Source: Bacteroidota bacterium
GTDB taxonomy: Bacteria; Bacteroidota; Bacteroidia; Bacteroidales; FEN-979
Assembly: GCA_037133475.1 (NCBI GenBank)
Contig: JBAXOB010000011.1
Coordinates: 18,994-82,993, forward strand
DNA: 64,000 bases
Direction: 5' to 3'
This document shows positions 1-11,200 of the stretch, piece by piece. The notes beneath the pieces were generated by a model. It did not search any database. It saw only the letters and a list, made by a program, of their open reading frames with translations, and had not been told where the DNA came from. Every line of letters starts with the position of its first letter. Positions within the stretch are counted from its first letter, which is position 1. Both the position numbers and the translations under genes were made by a program.

Positions 1-1007
1 AGCACGCTGATTGCTATCCCGGCAGCCAGGACAAACAACCCTGTAATGCTTATAAAGGCAGACTGGTCATCTGACCGGGTAAAAAACAGGATCCATTTTT
101 TTCCGTTAAATGCAACGTGAATGGTGACCGATCGTAAAGGGTTATCCCCCTGGACCAGGTTTTCTTTTTGCTGGCTGTCGTACAGCAGGGAGGTTGCTGA
201 AATGGTATCATCATAAACCTGGAGGTGAATCCGTTCATATTTCCCGGTTTCCCATCGTCCCAGGATGCCCTGCATCAGGTCGTTCATCCGGAAGGGGATA
301 TAAACCCAACCTTTGATGGCTGAGCGCCTTTGTTCCATCGTGCCTGCCGGCATCCCGTTTTTATATACCGGAACGTACATAAGGGTGCCTGCCTGCAAAT
401 CGCTGCTGGTCTCCTGCACCAGGGTTACTTTTCCTGAAAGCGCCGCAATGTCATAATCACGGGATATTTCAAGGGCCTTCCTGCGGACGGGTTCTGTGAG
501 CATATCATAACCAAATGCCCGGAGGTTCCTGCCGCAAAAGGGTTCGAGGTAGATTATCGATGAATAGAGCGGCCTGTCACCGGCAGGTCTCACGTTATAT
601 TCGGGAAATCCTTCACTCCGGATCTGGCGGAGATGATGCGGAAGTTGATTCCGGTTGATCAGCAAGGCAAATCCCACGCCCTGGATCCCCGGTAAATTCT
701 TCCCGATCTTTTCGGGGTCATTGTAGGTTTTCCATTTGCTGCGGGTAACCGTATCGGATGCAGCAAAAAAGGCGGATGCCGATCTCAGCAGCTGGGCGTA
801 GGAATGCAGCCTGACGGTTACCCGTGCTTTGATTTCATTGCAATTCAGCACATATTCCTGCCTTGCCTTCTCCTCTTCTCCACGCCCGGTTATGTAGGTT
901 GCCAGTGCTGTAAGGGCCAACCCTGCCACCAACAGGATCACCTTCCATCCATTTTTCAACGTGGTAATGAAGGAAAATAAAGAAAACTTGTCTTTTTCTG
1001 AAATCAT
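1..1007 (-). CDS. CHASE-domain membrane sensor, 5' part only (runs off left edge; probably a histidine kinase or signalling protein)
   Basis: Not in the ORF track because it has no stop in the window. Manual translation from ATG 1007: MISEKDKFSLF..KVILLVAGLALTALATYI (TM), then LPGIQGVGFA, SSIIYLEP, RNLRAFGYDM, LSGKVTLVQE, GTLMYVPVY (CHASE-type motifs), then a second TM ITGLFVLAAGIAISVL at the edge. Starts 18 bp after the upstream kinase stop. Confidence 0.85.
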   Translation of the reverse strand, partial: MISEKDKFSLFSFITTLKNGWKVILLVAGLALTALATYITGRGEEEKARQEYVLNCNEIKARVTVRLHSYAQLLRSASAFFAASDTVTRSKWKTYNDPEKIGKNLPGIQGVGFALLINRNQLPHHLRQIRSEGFPEYNVRPAGDRPLYSSIIYLEPFCGRNLRAFGYDMLTEPVRRKALEISRDYDIAALSGKVTLVQETSSDLQAGTLMYVPVYKNGMPAGTMEQRRSAIKGWVYIPFRMNDLMQGILGRWETGKYERIHLQVYDDTISATSLLYDSQQKENLVQGDNPLRSVTIHVAFNGKKWILFFTRSDDQSAFISITGLFVLAAGIAISV

Positions 1008-1025
1008 AGTTTAGTCTTTACAGGC

Positions 1026-2246
1026 TCATCGTTTTTCCCCGGCCGCAACACGGCAGGGAATTGTGAAATAGAAGGTCGAGCCTTCGCCCTTTACCGATTC
1101 AAAGCGGATATTGCCTCCAAGCAGTTCGATTATTCTTTTGGCGATGGTTAAACCCAGCCCATTCCCCTCGTAGCCGCGCGAATCGGAAACGTTTTCCTGC
1201 ATAAAAAGGTTATAGATGGAGTCATAAGCCGATCTATCGATCCCCGACCCTGTATCCTTTACAAAAAATTCAACCTCCCCGTCATGATGTGCATACCCTA
1301 TCGAAACAAATCCTTTCCTGGTGAATTTCAGCGCATTATCCACCAGGTGAGATAACGATTTACTTACAAGGTTAAGGTCCGTAACAATATTGAAATGGTC
1401 AGCTGCAGGCGAATCCTGGATGGTTAATACCAGGTTTTTTGATTTGAAGGCATTTGTGTACTTGCTGCACACCTCATATACCATGGCAGAGGGATCAAAC
1501 ATGTTCTCCTGCTTCACCATGTTGCCCGACACCAGCATCGCAATGTCAAGGTAATCGGTTATCGTCTTAATCAGCCGGTCGCTGCTGGTTTGTAAATGTT
1601 TAAAATACTCCTCCTTTTCCTCCAGGGAGAGATCAGCATCGGTCAGCACCTGGTACATGCCCAGGATGCCGTTGAGCGGGGTACGGATTTCGTGGGAGAT
1701 ATTTTTAATGAAGGCGGTCTTCAGCCGGTCGGCAGCCTCGGCCATATCCCTGGCATGGATGAGTTCCTGGTTTGATATTTCGAGCGCCAGGGTTCGCTCC
1801 CTGACCTTCTCCTCCAGCAGTATGTTCTGTTTAAGCGATTGCTGGTGCAGCGATCGGGCAAAAAGCAGGTTTTCAATGCGTAACCCGACTTCAATAAGGT
1901 CGAACGGTTTTGAAAGAAAATCCCTGGCGCCATCCGATAATGCCCGCTGTTTTGCTTCGATGGTAATATCGGCGGTGAGGACGAGGATCGGAAGGTAGGT
2001 GTTGTAAGGTATCAGCTCCCTGAGCTGGTTCATCACCTCATAACCCGACATATGGGGCATCATCAGGTCAAGCAGGATGAGATCGGGTGCAAAGGTGTCT
2101 AACAAACCCGCCACCTGGCGCGGATCGGTGGTGCTTTTCACATGGGAATAACCCTGTATTTCAAGCAATCCGGCAAGGATGTCTATATTGGCTTCCTGGT
2201 CATCCACAATGAGGATGTTGGCATTTTTAAAGATTGAATCGATCAT
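1026..2246 (-). CDS. Response regulator-histidine kinase hybrid (REC-HisKA-HATPase_c)
   Basis: N-terminal REC (ILIVDD..DLILLDLMMP..KP), H-box ISHEIRTPLNGILG, N-box HLVDNALKFT, G boxes DTGSGI and GNGLGL. Confidence 0.95.
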   Translation of the reverse strand: MIDSIFKNANILIVDDQEANIDILAGLLEIQGYSHVKSTTDPRQVAGLLDTFAPDLILLDLMMPHMSGYEVMNQLRELIPYNTYLPILVLTADITIEAKQRALSDGARDFLSKPFDLIEVGLRIENLLFARSLHQQSLKQNILLEEKVRERTLALEISNQELIHARDMAEAADRLKTAFIKNISHEIRTPLNGILGMYQVLTDADLSLEEKEEYFKHLQTSSDRLIKTITDYLDIAMLVSGNMVKQENMFDPSAMVYEVCSKYTNAFKSKNLVLTIQDSPAADHFNIVTDLNLVSKSLSHLVDNALKFTRKGFVSIGYAHHDGEVEFFVKDTGSGIDRSAYDSIYNLFMQENVSDSRGYEGNGLGLTIAKRIIELLGGNIRFESVKGEGSTFYFTIPCRVAAGEKR

Positions 2247-2293
2247 AAAGGATAATTTACGAGTAGTTGATTTTTATGAGCTAAGGCCTGTCG

Positions 2294-5200
2294 TCAATTT
2301 TTTCCGGGTTTTTCCAGGTATTTATCTACCACCTCCAGGAAAGTCGCGATGTCGAGCGGTTTGGACAGATATTCGCAGGCGCCGGCATTTTTCAGCATTT
2401 CAATTTTCCGTTGGGTGGCGTCGGCCGAGATGATGACCACCGGCAAGTGCCTGGTTGCTTCATTGGCTTGCAGGTTTGCCAGGACTTCAGATCCCTGGAT
2501 ATCGGGCAGGTCAAGATCGAGCAGTATCATTCCCGGGTTGTAACCAGTTGCAAAGGCCACGGCGGAATTTCCGAACATGGAGGTTACCAGGCGGATGCCC
2601 GGGCGCTGTGCGACCAGGATCCCTTCAACCAGTTCGGCATTCGGCACATTGTCTTCGATATATAAGATGGTTCCTGAGATCCCCGTGGTCTTCGTCAATG
2701 CTTTTAGTCCATCGCCACCATTACCGGGGGTACCGGCCCTGTCCTCAACCTGCGGCAGTTCAATCCAGAAAGTGCTTCCCTCGCCGGGTATGCTGTCAAC
2801 GCCTACCCTGCCATCCATCGCATCCATCAATTCCTTTACGAGTGCAAGCCCAAGCCCGGTCCCTTCAATCATGGTCTTCTCGGCTCCTATCCGCTGGAAG
2901 GGAAGAAAAAGCTTCCCGATATCTTCAGGTTTTATCCCCGGGCCGGAATCCACGATGGATATCCGGATCATGGGGATCCCGGGGAAACTTTCGAGGTTCA
3001 GGCTGGTTTTGACAATGACAGATCCTCCTTCACCGTTGTATTTTACGGCATTGTTGATCAGGTTTAGCAATACCTGGCGCAACCGCTGCCGGTCGGCCCT
3101 GACAAACAGCAAACCGGTTGACGACGGCTCCATTTCCATGACCTGCCCCCGGTCAGCCGCAGCAGGAAGAACCACCTCGATCATTTCCATGATGACACTC
3201 CTCGCCTGGATGGGTTCCATGGACAAAGCAAGCCGTCCCGCTTCGATGCGCGAAATGTCCAGCACTTCGTTGATCAGGTTGAGAAGGTGCTTCCCGCTGT
3301 TCAGGATATGATGCACCCCCTTGCGGTGACCCGGTGTTAGTTCGCCCATGTCGAGCAACTGGGCAAAACCCAGGATTGAATTCATGGGCGTGCGTAACTC
3401 GTGGCTCATCCGGGATAAAAACTCACTCTTGGCAAGGTTGGCCTTATCCGCTTCATTTCTTGCCCTGATAATTTCCTGCTCGGTGTGTTTCCGTTCAGTG
3501 ATGTCGCGGAAAGACCATATCCTGCCGTATGATTTTCCGTCTATACCCAATACCGGCGCGGAGTACCTGTCGAGGACCATCCCGTTTTTCAGCTCAATCT
3601 CATCGCGGCTTGTCTGATGAACATGCTCGTAAAGAAACAAAACCTTCTGCAGGAACTCGTCGGGATATTTCGTCAGGTCCATCACATGCCTGAGTAAACC
3701 TGCATCATTCTCATCCTCCACGAGTAGCGGGGGAAGCTGGAATATCTCCACCATCCTGCTGTTCATCAGGATGCGTTTCCCGTGCCCGTCGATCACAAGA
3801 ATCCCGTCGGGCGTCGCGTTTTTCTGCGCCTCCAGCAGTGCCATTTTTGCCTGCAGCAACTCCTCCGCGTGTTTCCGGCCGGTGATATCAACCATCACTG
3901 TCAGCATGCACAGATCCTTGCCGATATGGATCATTTCGGCGGAAAGCAGTCCTGTCAGGATCCGGCCTGATTTGGTTCTTACCTGCGTTTCAAAATCTCT
4001 TACAGGCTGATGTTGCAATATTTTTTCCATCATGAGCGACCTGATCCCGGTATCAACAAACAACCCGAGCAGGTGCGCCGTATTGCCAATTATCTCCTCC
4101 CGGGAATATTCCAGCGTATTATGAAAGGCCTCATTCACGTCAATAAATGCACCATCTGTGAAACCCGAGATGCCCATCAGTGTTGAATTCGACTGGAAGG
4201 CCTTTGAAAATTTCTCCTCCGACAATTTGATTTTTGACACATCCTTGCTGACACCGAAAATTACAGGGTTTCCATCCCAGTAGCCGGGCTTTACCCTGGT
4301 TTCCACAGGGATATAGGAACCTGTGCGGGTCAGCAGGGGTACCGGGCAAAAATCGGCCGTCCCGGCCAGCATTTCGCCGACAATCCGGCCCGCCTCCTCC
4401 CTGCGTTCTTCGGGGTGAACCATCAGCACCGGCTGGCCCATCAAATCATTTATGGGATAACCAAGCCGTTGCTGAACCGTATTGTTGACATGGATGATAT
4501 TCCCCCGGACATCCAGGACAAATAGAAAATCATCGATGGTATTGAAAAAGGTTTCATAATTGGTCCTGGTCTGTTCAAGGATGACCTCATTCCTTTGATT
4601 ATGGATCAACCCGGCCAGTATATTGCTCCATACCCGCAGGTTGTTCAACTCCAATGAATCGTATTCTCTCTCATTAATCTCGGTATTCAGCCCGACCATC
4701 CCGACAAGGTTGTCATCAATAATGATCGGCAGGACAATGACTGTTTTAATGCCATACGATTCAAGGATTTCCCTTTCTGCCTTGCGGGATTCAGGCAACA
4801 AGCGCGCCGAAGGAATCACGATGTCCTGATGCTGACGGAGCAGTTCAATGGGAAATGGGAACAAATCAATGGGAATTTCCCCGAATTTTCCCATGTTGGG
4901 TTTAATACCGGCATTACACCATTCGTGGGAATTGGTCATCCGGGTATTTTCATGACTGAACTCGAAAATATAGGCCCGGTCGATTCCGAGATAATCACCG
5001 ATACTGCCCAGGGCGAGATCGATGGAAGACATGATGCCGGATCCACGGATCCCCGTAAGTTGCATCGAGAGCCGAAGCAACTCTTTTTCAAAGGCCAGGG
5101 CCCTTTTCTGCAGCGTCACATCCCAGTTGGTGCCGATCATATGCAGCGCCCTGCCGGCAGCGTCGCGTTGAACCACGGCCTGCGCCTTAATATTTCGAAC

Positions 5201-8200
5201 CGTACCATCGGGCCATACCACCCTGAACTCGGTATCGAACTCCTTTTTGCCTGCTATGGCTGCATTGATTTCAGCATCACCCCTTTCCCTGTCGTCGGGA
5301 TGCACGCCAGCCACCCAGGTTTCATAGGCCCCCACGAAATTCTTTTTGTCGATGCCATAGAGTTCCATCATCTGGTTGTCCCATATCAGTATATTGTGCT
5401 CAACATCGATGTCCCAAACACCCACTCCGCCGGCACGGGTTGCCATGGAGAGCCTGGTCGAAAGCTGTTTCAGTTCATCTTCAGCCTGCCTGCGTTCGGT
5501 GATGTCAACAGCGATTCCCCCCAGGAGGGGGTGTTTGCCTGCCGCGGGAATCATGAATTTTTGCGTTTCATAATGGTGCAGGGTGCCGTCGAGATGAAGG
5601 AAACTCTCCTCCACCTTCTTATACCCCATTTTAATGGTACTCCGGTCATCTTCCAGGATCCTGGCTGCCATTTCCATATCAAAGATTTCGGGCAGGGTAA
5701 GTCCGAGCCACTTTGATGCTCCCAGGGCGATATCCATGGTCTTGTTCACATAGATAGTTCTCCCTTCGCTGTCCTTGATAAAGACGATGGCCGGGAGATA
5801 ATCCATGAAAAGAAGGAAACGGTTCTGGCTTTCCTGCAACTCCTCCTCCGCCAGTTTCCTGTCGGTTATATCCAAGATAAAGCCGTGCCACAGAACCGAA
5901 CCATCGGGCTCGCGCTGCGGGAATGCGTTGCCCGACAGCCAGCGAACTGTTTCATCTTCAAACCTCACGCGATACTGTTGTCGCCAGAGGGTCAGATCGC
6001 GGGCCGAAGCGCGGATGGAGGCAATAACCTGTTCCTGATCGTCGGGATGGATCCTGGACAGAACGGCAGCAGCATCCTCAGCAACCTGCCCGGGACTGAC
6101 ACGGTAAATTCCCTGTATCCCTTCGCTGGCAAAGGGGAAACAGGAGGATTCATCGGGCCTCAACCGGTACTGGTAAACCATGCCCGGCACCCGGTCGGCG
6201 ATCTTGTGAAGCCTGTCAAGCGCCTCCTCCAATCCGGCCGAGACCCTGATACGCTCCCCAATTTCAAGTTTCAGCTCCCGGTTTGTCGCAGCCAGCTGGG
6301 CTGTGCGCTGATCAACTGTCAGCGCCAGGGTTTCATTAAGCTCCTTTATCTCCCTTTCAGCCTGTTTACGGTTTGTAATATCCCTGACAAATGCCAGTAC
6401 TTTATCGCTCCCTAATGGCGCCAGCCTGGCTTCATAACAGGAGAGCATACCGGTTTCGGGTACGGCATAATCGTAGGTTATCAGCCGCTGTTCGCGTATA
6501 CAGGCACTGATATTCGACAAATGATGGCTGGTCGTTTCCTCATCAAAAAAGGTGCTGATGTTGGTCCCGAAAATCTGGTCTCCCGAAATAAATAGTTTTT
6601 CGGGTGTATTGGTATAATGCTCCAGGTTATTACCGGCTTCATCCATCACAAAGATCAGGTCGGGCATTGCCGTAACAATTGCGTTTAACCGTTCGTTTTG
6701 CAGGCGGATCCTGTCTTCATCCAGTTTTTTCCCGGTTATATCCAAATTAACACCATTCAACCCGACCATGTCATCCCCCTGAAAAACAGGCACGATATAG
6801 TTCTGCAGCCAGCGAATACTGCCATTGGGCAGGATGATGCGGATTTCCATGTCAATGGGTTCACGGGTAACATTCACCTCCCCGACTCTCCGGCTCAGCT
6901 CCCCGGCATCGTCAGGATGGATCATGTTCATGAAAAAATCAGGCGTAATCTCCCGTTCAAACGGCTGTAATCCGGCCATTTTATAATTATTCCGCGACCA
7001 TTCATATTTACCGGTCGCAAGGTTAAAGGTCCAGCTGCCCATCCCGGCAATTTCCTGGGCGTAATTCAGCCTCTCCTCGCTTTCGGTGAGCTCTTTTTCA
7101 GCCTGTTTCCGGCTTGTGATATCCTCTTCATCGGCCAGGTAGTGGGTTATTTTCCCTTCCATATCGAGGATAGGCGTAATTGCCGCCAACACCCAATAGA
7201 GTTCCCCGTTTTTCTTTTTATTGTGGAATTCGCCCTTCCACTCATTGCCCGAACGGATCTTATTCCACATCTCATCATATTCCGCCCTCGGTTTTTCTCC
7301 GGAGCTGAACATCCTTGCATTTTCACCTACAAGTTCATGCTGGCTATAACCCGTTATTTCCATCACCTTCGGGTTTACATATTCTATTTTCCCGGCAAGA
7401 TCCGTGATGACGGTCATGGAGGGGCTTTGTTCAACGGCACGCGACAGTTTACGGAAACCCTCCTCGCTCTTCACCAGTCTCTCCCCTGCAAGCTTTCTTT
7501 CCGTAATATCAATCAGGGTTCCCGAGCCTCCTGCATAAATGCCCTCGTAAAAAAGGGCTTTGGTTGACAGTCTTATCCAGCGAACCTGGCCGTCCCTGGT
7601 CAACAGTTTATATTCATTTTCGAGGGTTAAATTTTCGGCAAGCGACGTTAACCTGTCAAGCAGGAATTCTGCCGAAACCCCGACAAAATGCCTGAAATTT
7701 CTACCTGTCACCTCTCCTGCGGTAAATCCCAGTATCCTTTCGATGGTTGGACTGATATATTTAATTGTACCCTGAGCATCTATTTCGTATAACACATCAC
7801 TGATGTTTTCCACCAGGTTCCGGTATTTCAGTTCACTCTCATAAACGGCAAGCTGGGCCATTTTCCGCCCGGTGACATCCCTGTATTTCCACAGATGGCC
7901 ATTATATATATCATTCAGGTAAGTAGGGATGTAGTCGCGTTCGAAATAGCGCCCGTCAACCAGCTCCAGTTCATCGTTTAACACTGTTTTTCTGGCGGAG
8001 AGGATTTTCTGGATGTCCAGGATGAATTTTTCAGGATTTTTAAAAAACCCTTTATTCTGTTCGGCAGAGTCGGAACAATCGGCCCCGATCATTGCCCCGG
8101 GAGGAGCAGGGATGGCAAACATGTCGCAGAAAAGCTGGTTTGTAAGGATAATTTTCCGGTCCGAATCCTCCACCAGGATCCCCTCCTGCATGTTGATGAT

Positions 8201-11200
8201 CAGGTTGGTCAGCAGGTTTGTTTTATCATGGATCTCAATTTCAGCCAGTCTTCGCTGGGTGATATCGATATCCGAACCAAGATAACCCAGCAGGTTGTTT
8301 TGATCGTCAAGCAGGGGTGCGCTGTTGGTTTCCACCAGGATAACCTGGCCGTTTCCGGTAACGATCTGGTTCGGGAAATTCTGAAAAATTTCCCTCCTGT
8401 CAAATGCCTCCATCGCAGTTTTTTCAAACTGCTCACGACCCTGCTCAGGGTGGAGGTTATAAAAATATTTTTTTCCAACCAGTTCAGCCGGGTCATATCC
8501 CCAGACGGTTTTTGCATGCTTGCTCACATAGGTGTACAAACCGTCAGCATCCACCTCCCATATAACCGACTGGGTTTGATCGGCTGCCCGCAGGAAGCGG
8601 TTCTCGCTGATCCTCAAATTGTTTTCTGCAATGCTGCGATCTGTGATATCACGCGCGATCCCGCACAAACCGGTCACCTCTCCGCGGGCATCCCTCAGCG
8701 GTACCTTCACGGTATGAAAATGCCTGATCTCCCCGCTCACAGGCTTCGACGGGTACTCTTCAACGGGTGTTCCGCCAAGCACCTCCTGGTCAACATCGTC
8801 GATATGACCCGCACTGTCGGTGCCAAACAGATCGGCGTCGGATTTTCCGATCATATCCTCCCTGGCCATGCCGAACAGCGATTCCATGGCCTGGTTCACT
8901 TTTATATACCTAAGCGACTGGTCCTTGATGAAGATCGAATCCTGGGCCGTCTCGACAATTGAACTTAACAACTCCCTGCTTTCAAACAGGTCCGTTTCAG
9001 CACGCTTTCGTGCCGTGATATCGCGGACAATATAGACAATACGGGTCGGCCTTCCCTCCTTGTCCCTGATGAAATTGCCGTTGACTTCGATATCAAAAAC
9101 GCTGCCGTCGGACCGAACGGCCTGGTATTCACCCACGCCTGAAAACACCCCTTCAAACATTTCTCCTATCAGCATTTTTGCCCTGGGCTGATCCTCTGGT
9201 ACAATGAAATCCAGGATCGAAAACCGTTTCATCTCTTCCAGGCTGTCATAGCCGAACATTTTCCAGCCAACAGGGGATGACATCAGGATATGACCCTCCA
9301 GGTCGGTGATTGAAATGGCGTCGGGCGATGCTTCCAGGATGGCACGGTAGAGGGCCTCACTTTTCTGAAGTGTTTCCTCAGCCTCTTTCCTTGCGGTAAT
9401 GTCGCGCTCCACGTAGAGGACATTTTCAGGGTTGCCAAAGGCATCATACAACAGGGTGGAATAGAGTTCAACATAAAACCTGCTCTTATCTTTCTTAACA
9501 GCCAGGTATTCGGTAAAATTATGCATCACCTTGCCCGAAACAAGATTGCTCATGTTTTCAAGCACCATCCCATGACATGATTCGTCAATAAAGTCATGAA
9601 CGGGTGCGTCTTTAAATTTATCCTTTTCACCGGCAGCATAGCCGTAAATTTCCGCCAGCCTGTCCGAGGCGAACTGAAGCTTCCCGTCAAGTGAAAAAAG
9701 GCCGATCCCGTCGGGGGATGTTGACAAAAGTGCATTCCATTTGTGGCTGCTTTCCCTGATCTGCTCCTCGTTGCGCCGGCTCTCCGTAACATCCTGTATG
9801 ACGCCGCTTACAGCAACCGGGTTGCCTTCGGTATCCATTTCCAGGGTGGCTATTGAAGTGATGATCCTGGGGGTGGAGCCATCGGCCGGGTTGATCATAT
9901 ATTCCAGGTCGTAGGGAATTCCCTTTTTGATCAGGTCAGGCAAAGCCTGATGGACCCGTTTGCGCTCGGGAATGCAGGCTTCAACGCCGGCAAGTGTAAA
10001 TTGACCGGTATCGCCGGCAAACCCGAATAATCTTTTCGCCTCGGCCGATCCCGTCAGTTCGCGGGTGGCAATATGATAAACCCAGGAACCTGTATGCCCA
10101 AGCTGCTGGGCATGCTCCAACTGCCGGTTGGTGGCAACAAGGTCCATCCTGCTTTCATAAAGCGCCTCCTCGGTCAGCCGGCGTTCGGTAATATTCCGGC
10201 CAACCCCTACAATGGAAAGAATCCTGTTCTTTTTATCCAGGATGGCTTTGCCCGACCAGGCCAGCCAGCACCATCCCTCAGCGGTCATGATGCGGTGTTC
10301 GAAATAGCAGTTGAAGGGCGGTTTGTTTATATCCATCAGGGCTGCACGGGAGAGTTCCACATCATCCGCATGGATCGTATTGAAAAAAGAGCTCCCTTCA
10401 ATTTCCGGCTCAGGTTTTCCCAAAAGGCTGCAAAAGCTGGGGCTCACAAACACAAAGTTACCTTCCGGGTCAATCTTGACCACCAATTCGTTTTGATTTT
10501 CCACGAGAAGCCTGTATTTCTCCTCGCTCTTTTTCAGGGCATCCTCGGCATCCTTGCGGCTGGTAATGTCATGAACCAGCGAATAGAGCAAGGTTTCCCT
10601 GCCAAACCCGATGGGCCCGGAATAGACCTCCACATCCCGCACCTGGCCGTTGGCGAGACGGTGGTTGAAGTTGAAATGGTTGCGCTTCTCCAGCTTGGCC
10701 TTTTTCATTTCAGCCAGCACCTCCGGCAGTGCCAGGGTGTTGATGTCGGTTACCTGCCTTGTGCAGATTTCTGCGTGGGACCACCCGTAATACTGGCAGG
10801 CTGCAGGGTTTGCATCCCTGATCTCACCGGTTTCAGGATCAATGATGAGCATGACCGAGTGGTTGGCCTGGAATAACGCTTTGTACCGATCCTCGCTCTG
10901 GCGCAGGTCCTCTTCCGATCTCTTTAATAAGGAGACCTCGGTAATGGTTACCATGCATTCATCCAGGCTTCGGGTTCTAGCGCCGGAGAGATGCACATGC
11001 ACCGGTAATTTTTCCGGCGAGATCATAAGAAGGTCGCAGGTTTCACAGTTGCCATTGTTGAATATGCTGGACAGGAAAAGCGTGAACAAGGGCTGGCTGG
11101 TAGCGGTAACAAAAAAACCAAAGGGTCTGTATCTCAACCGGGAGCGTTCCTTGCCCAGCATCCGGGCCCCGGCCAGGTTTATCCCGGTAATCTTGCCCTC

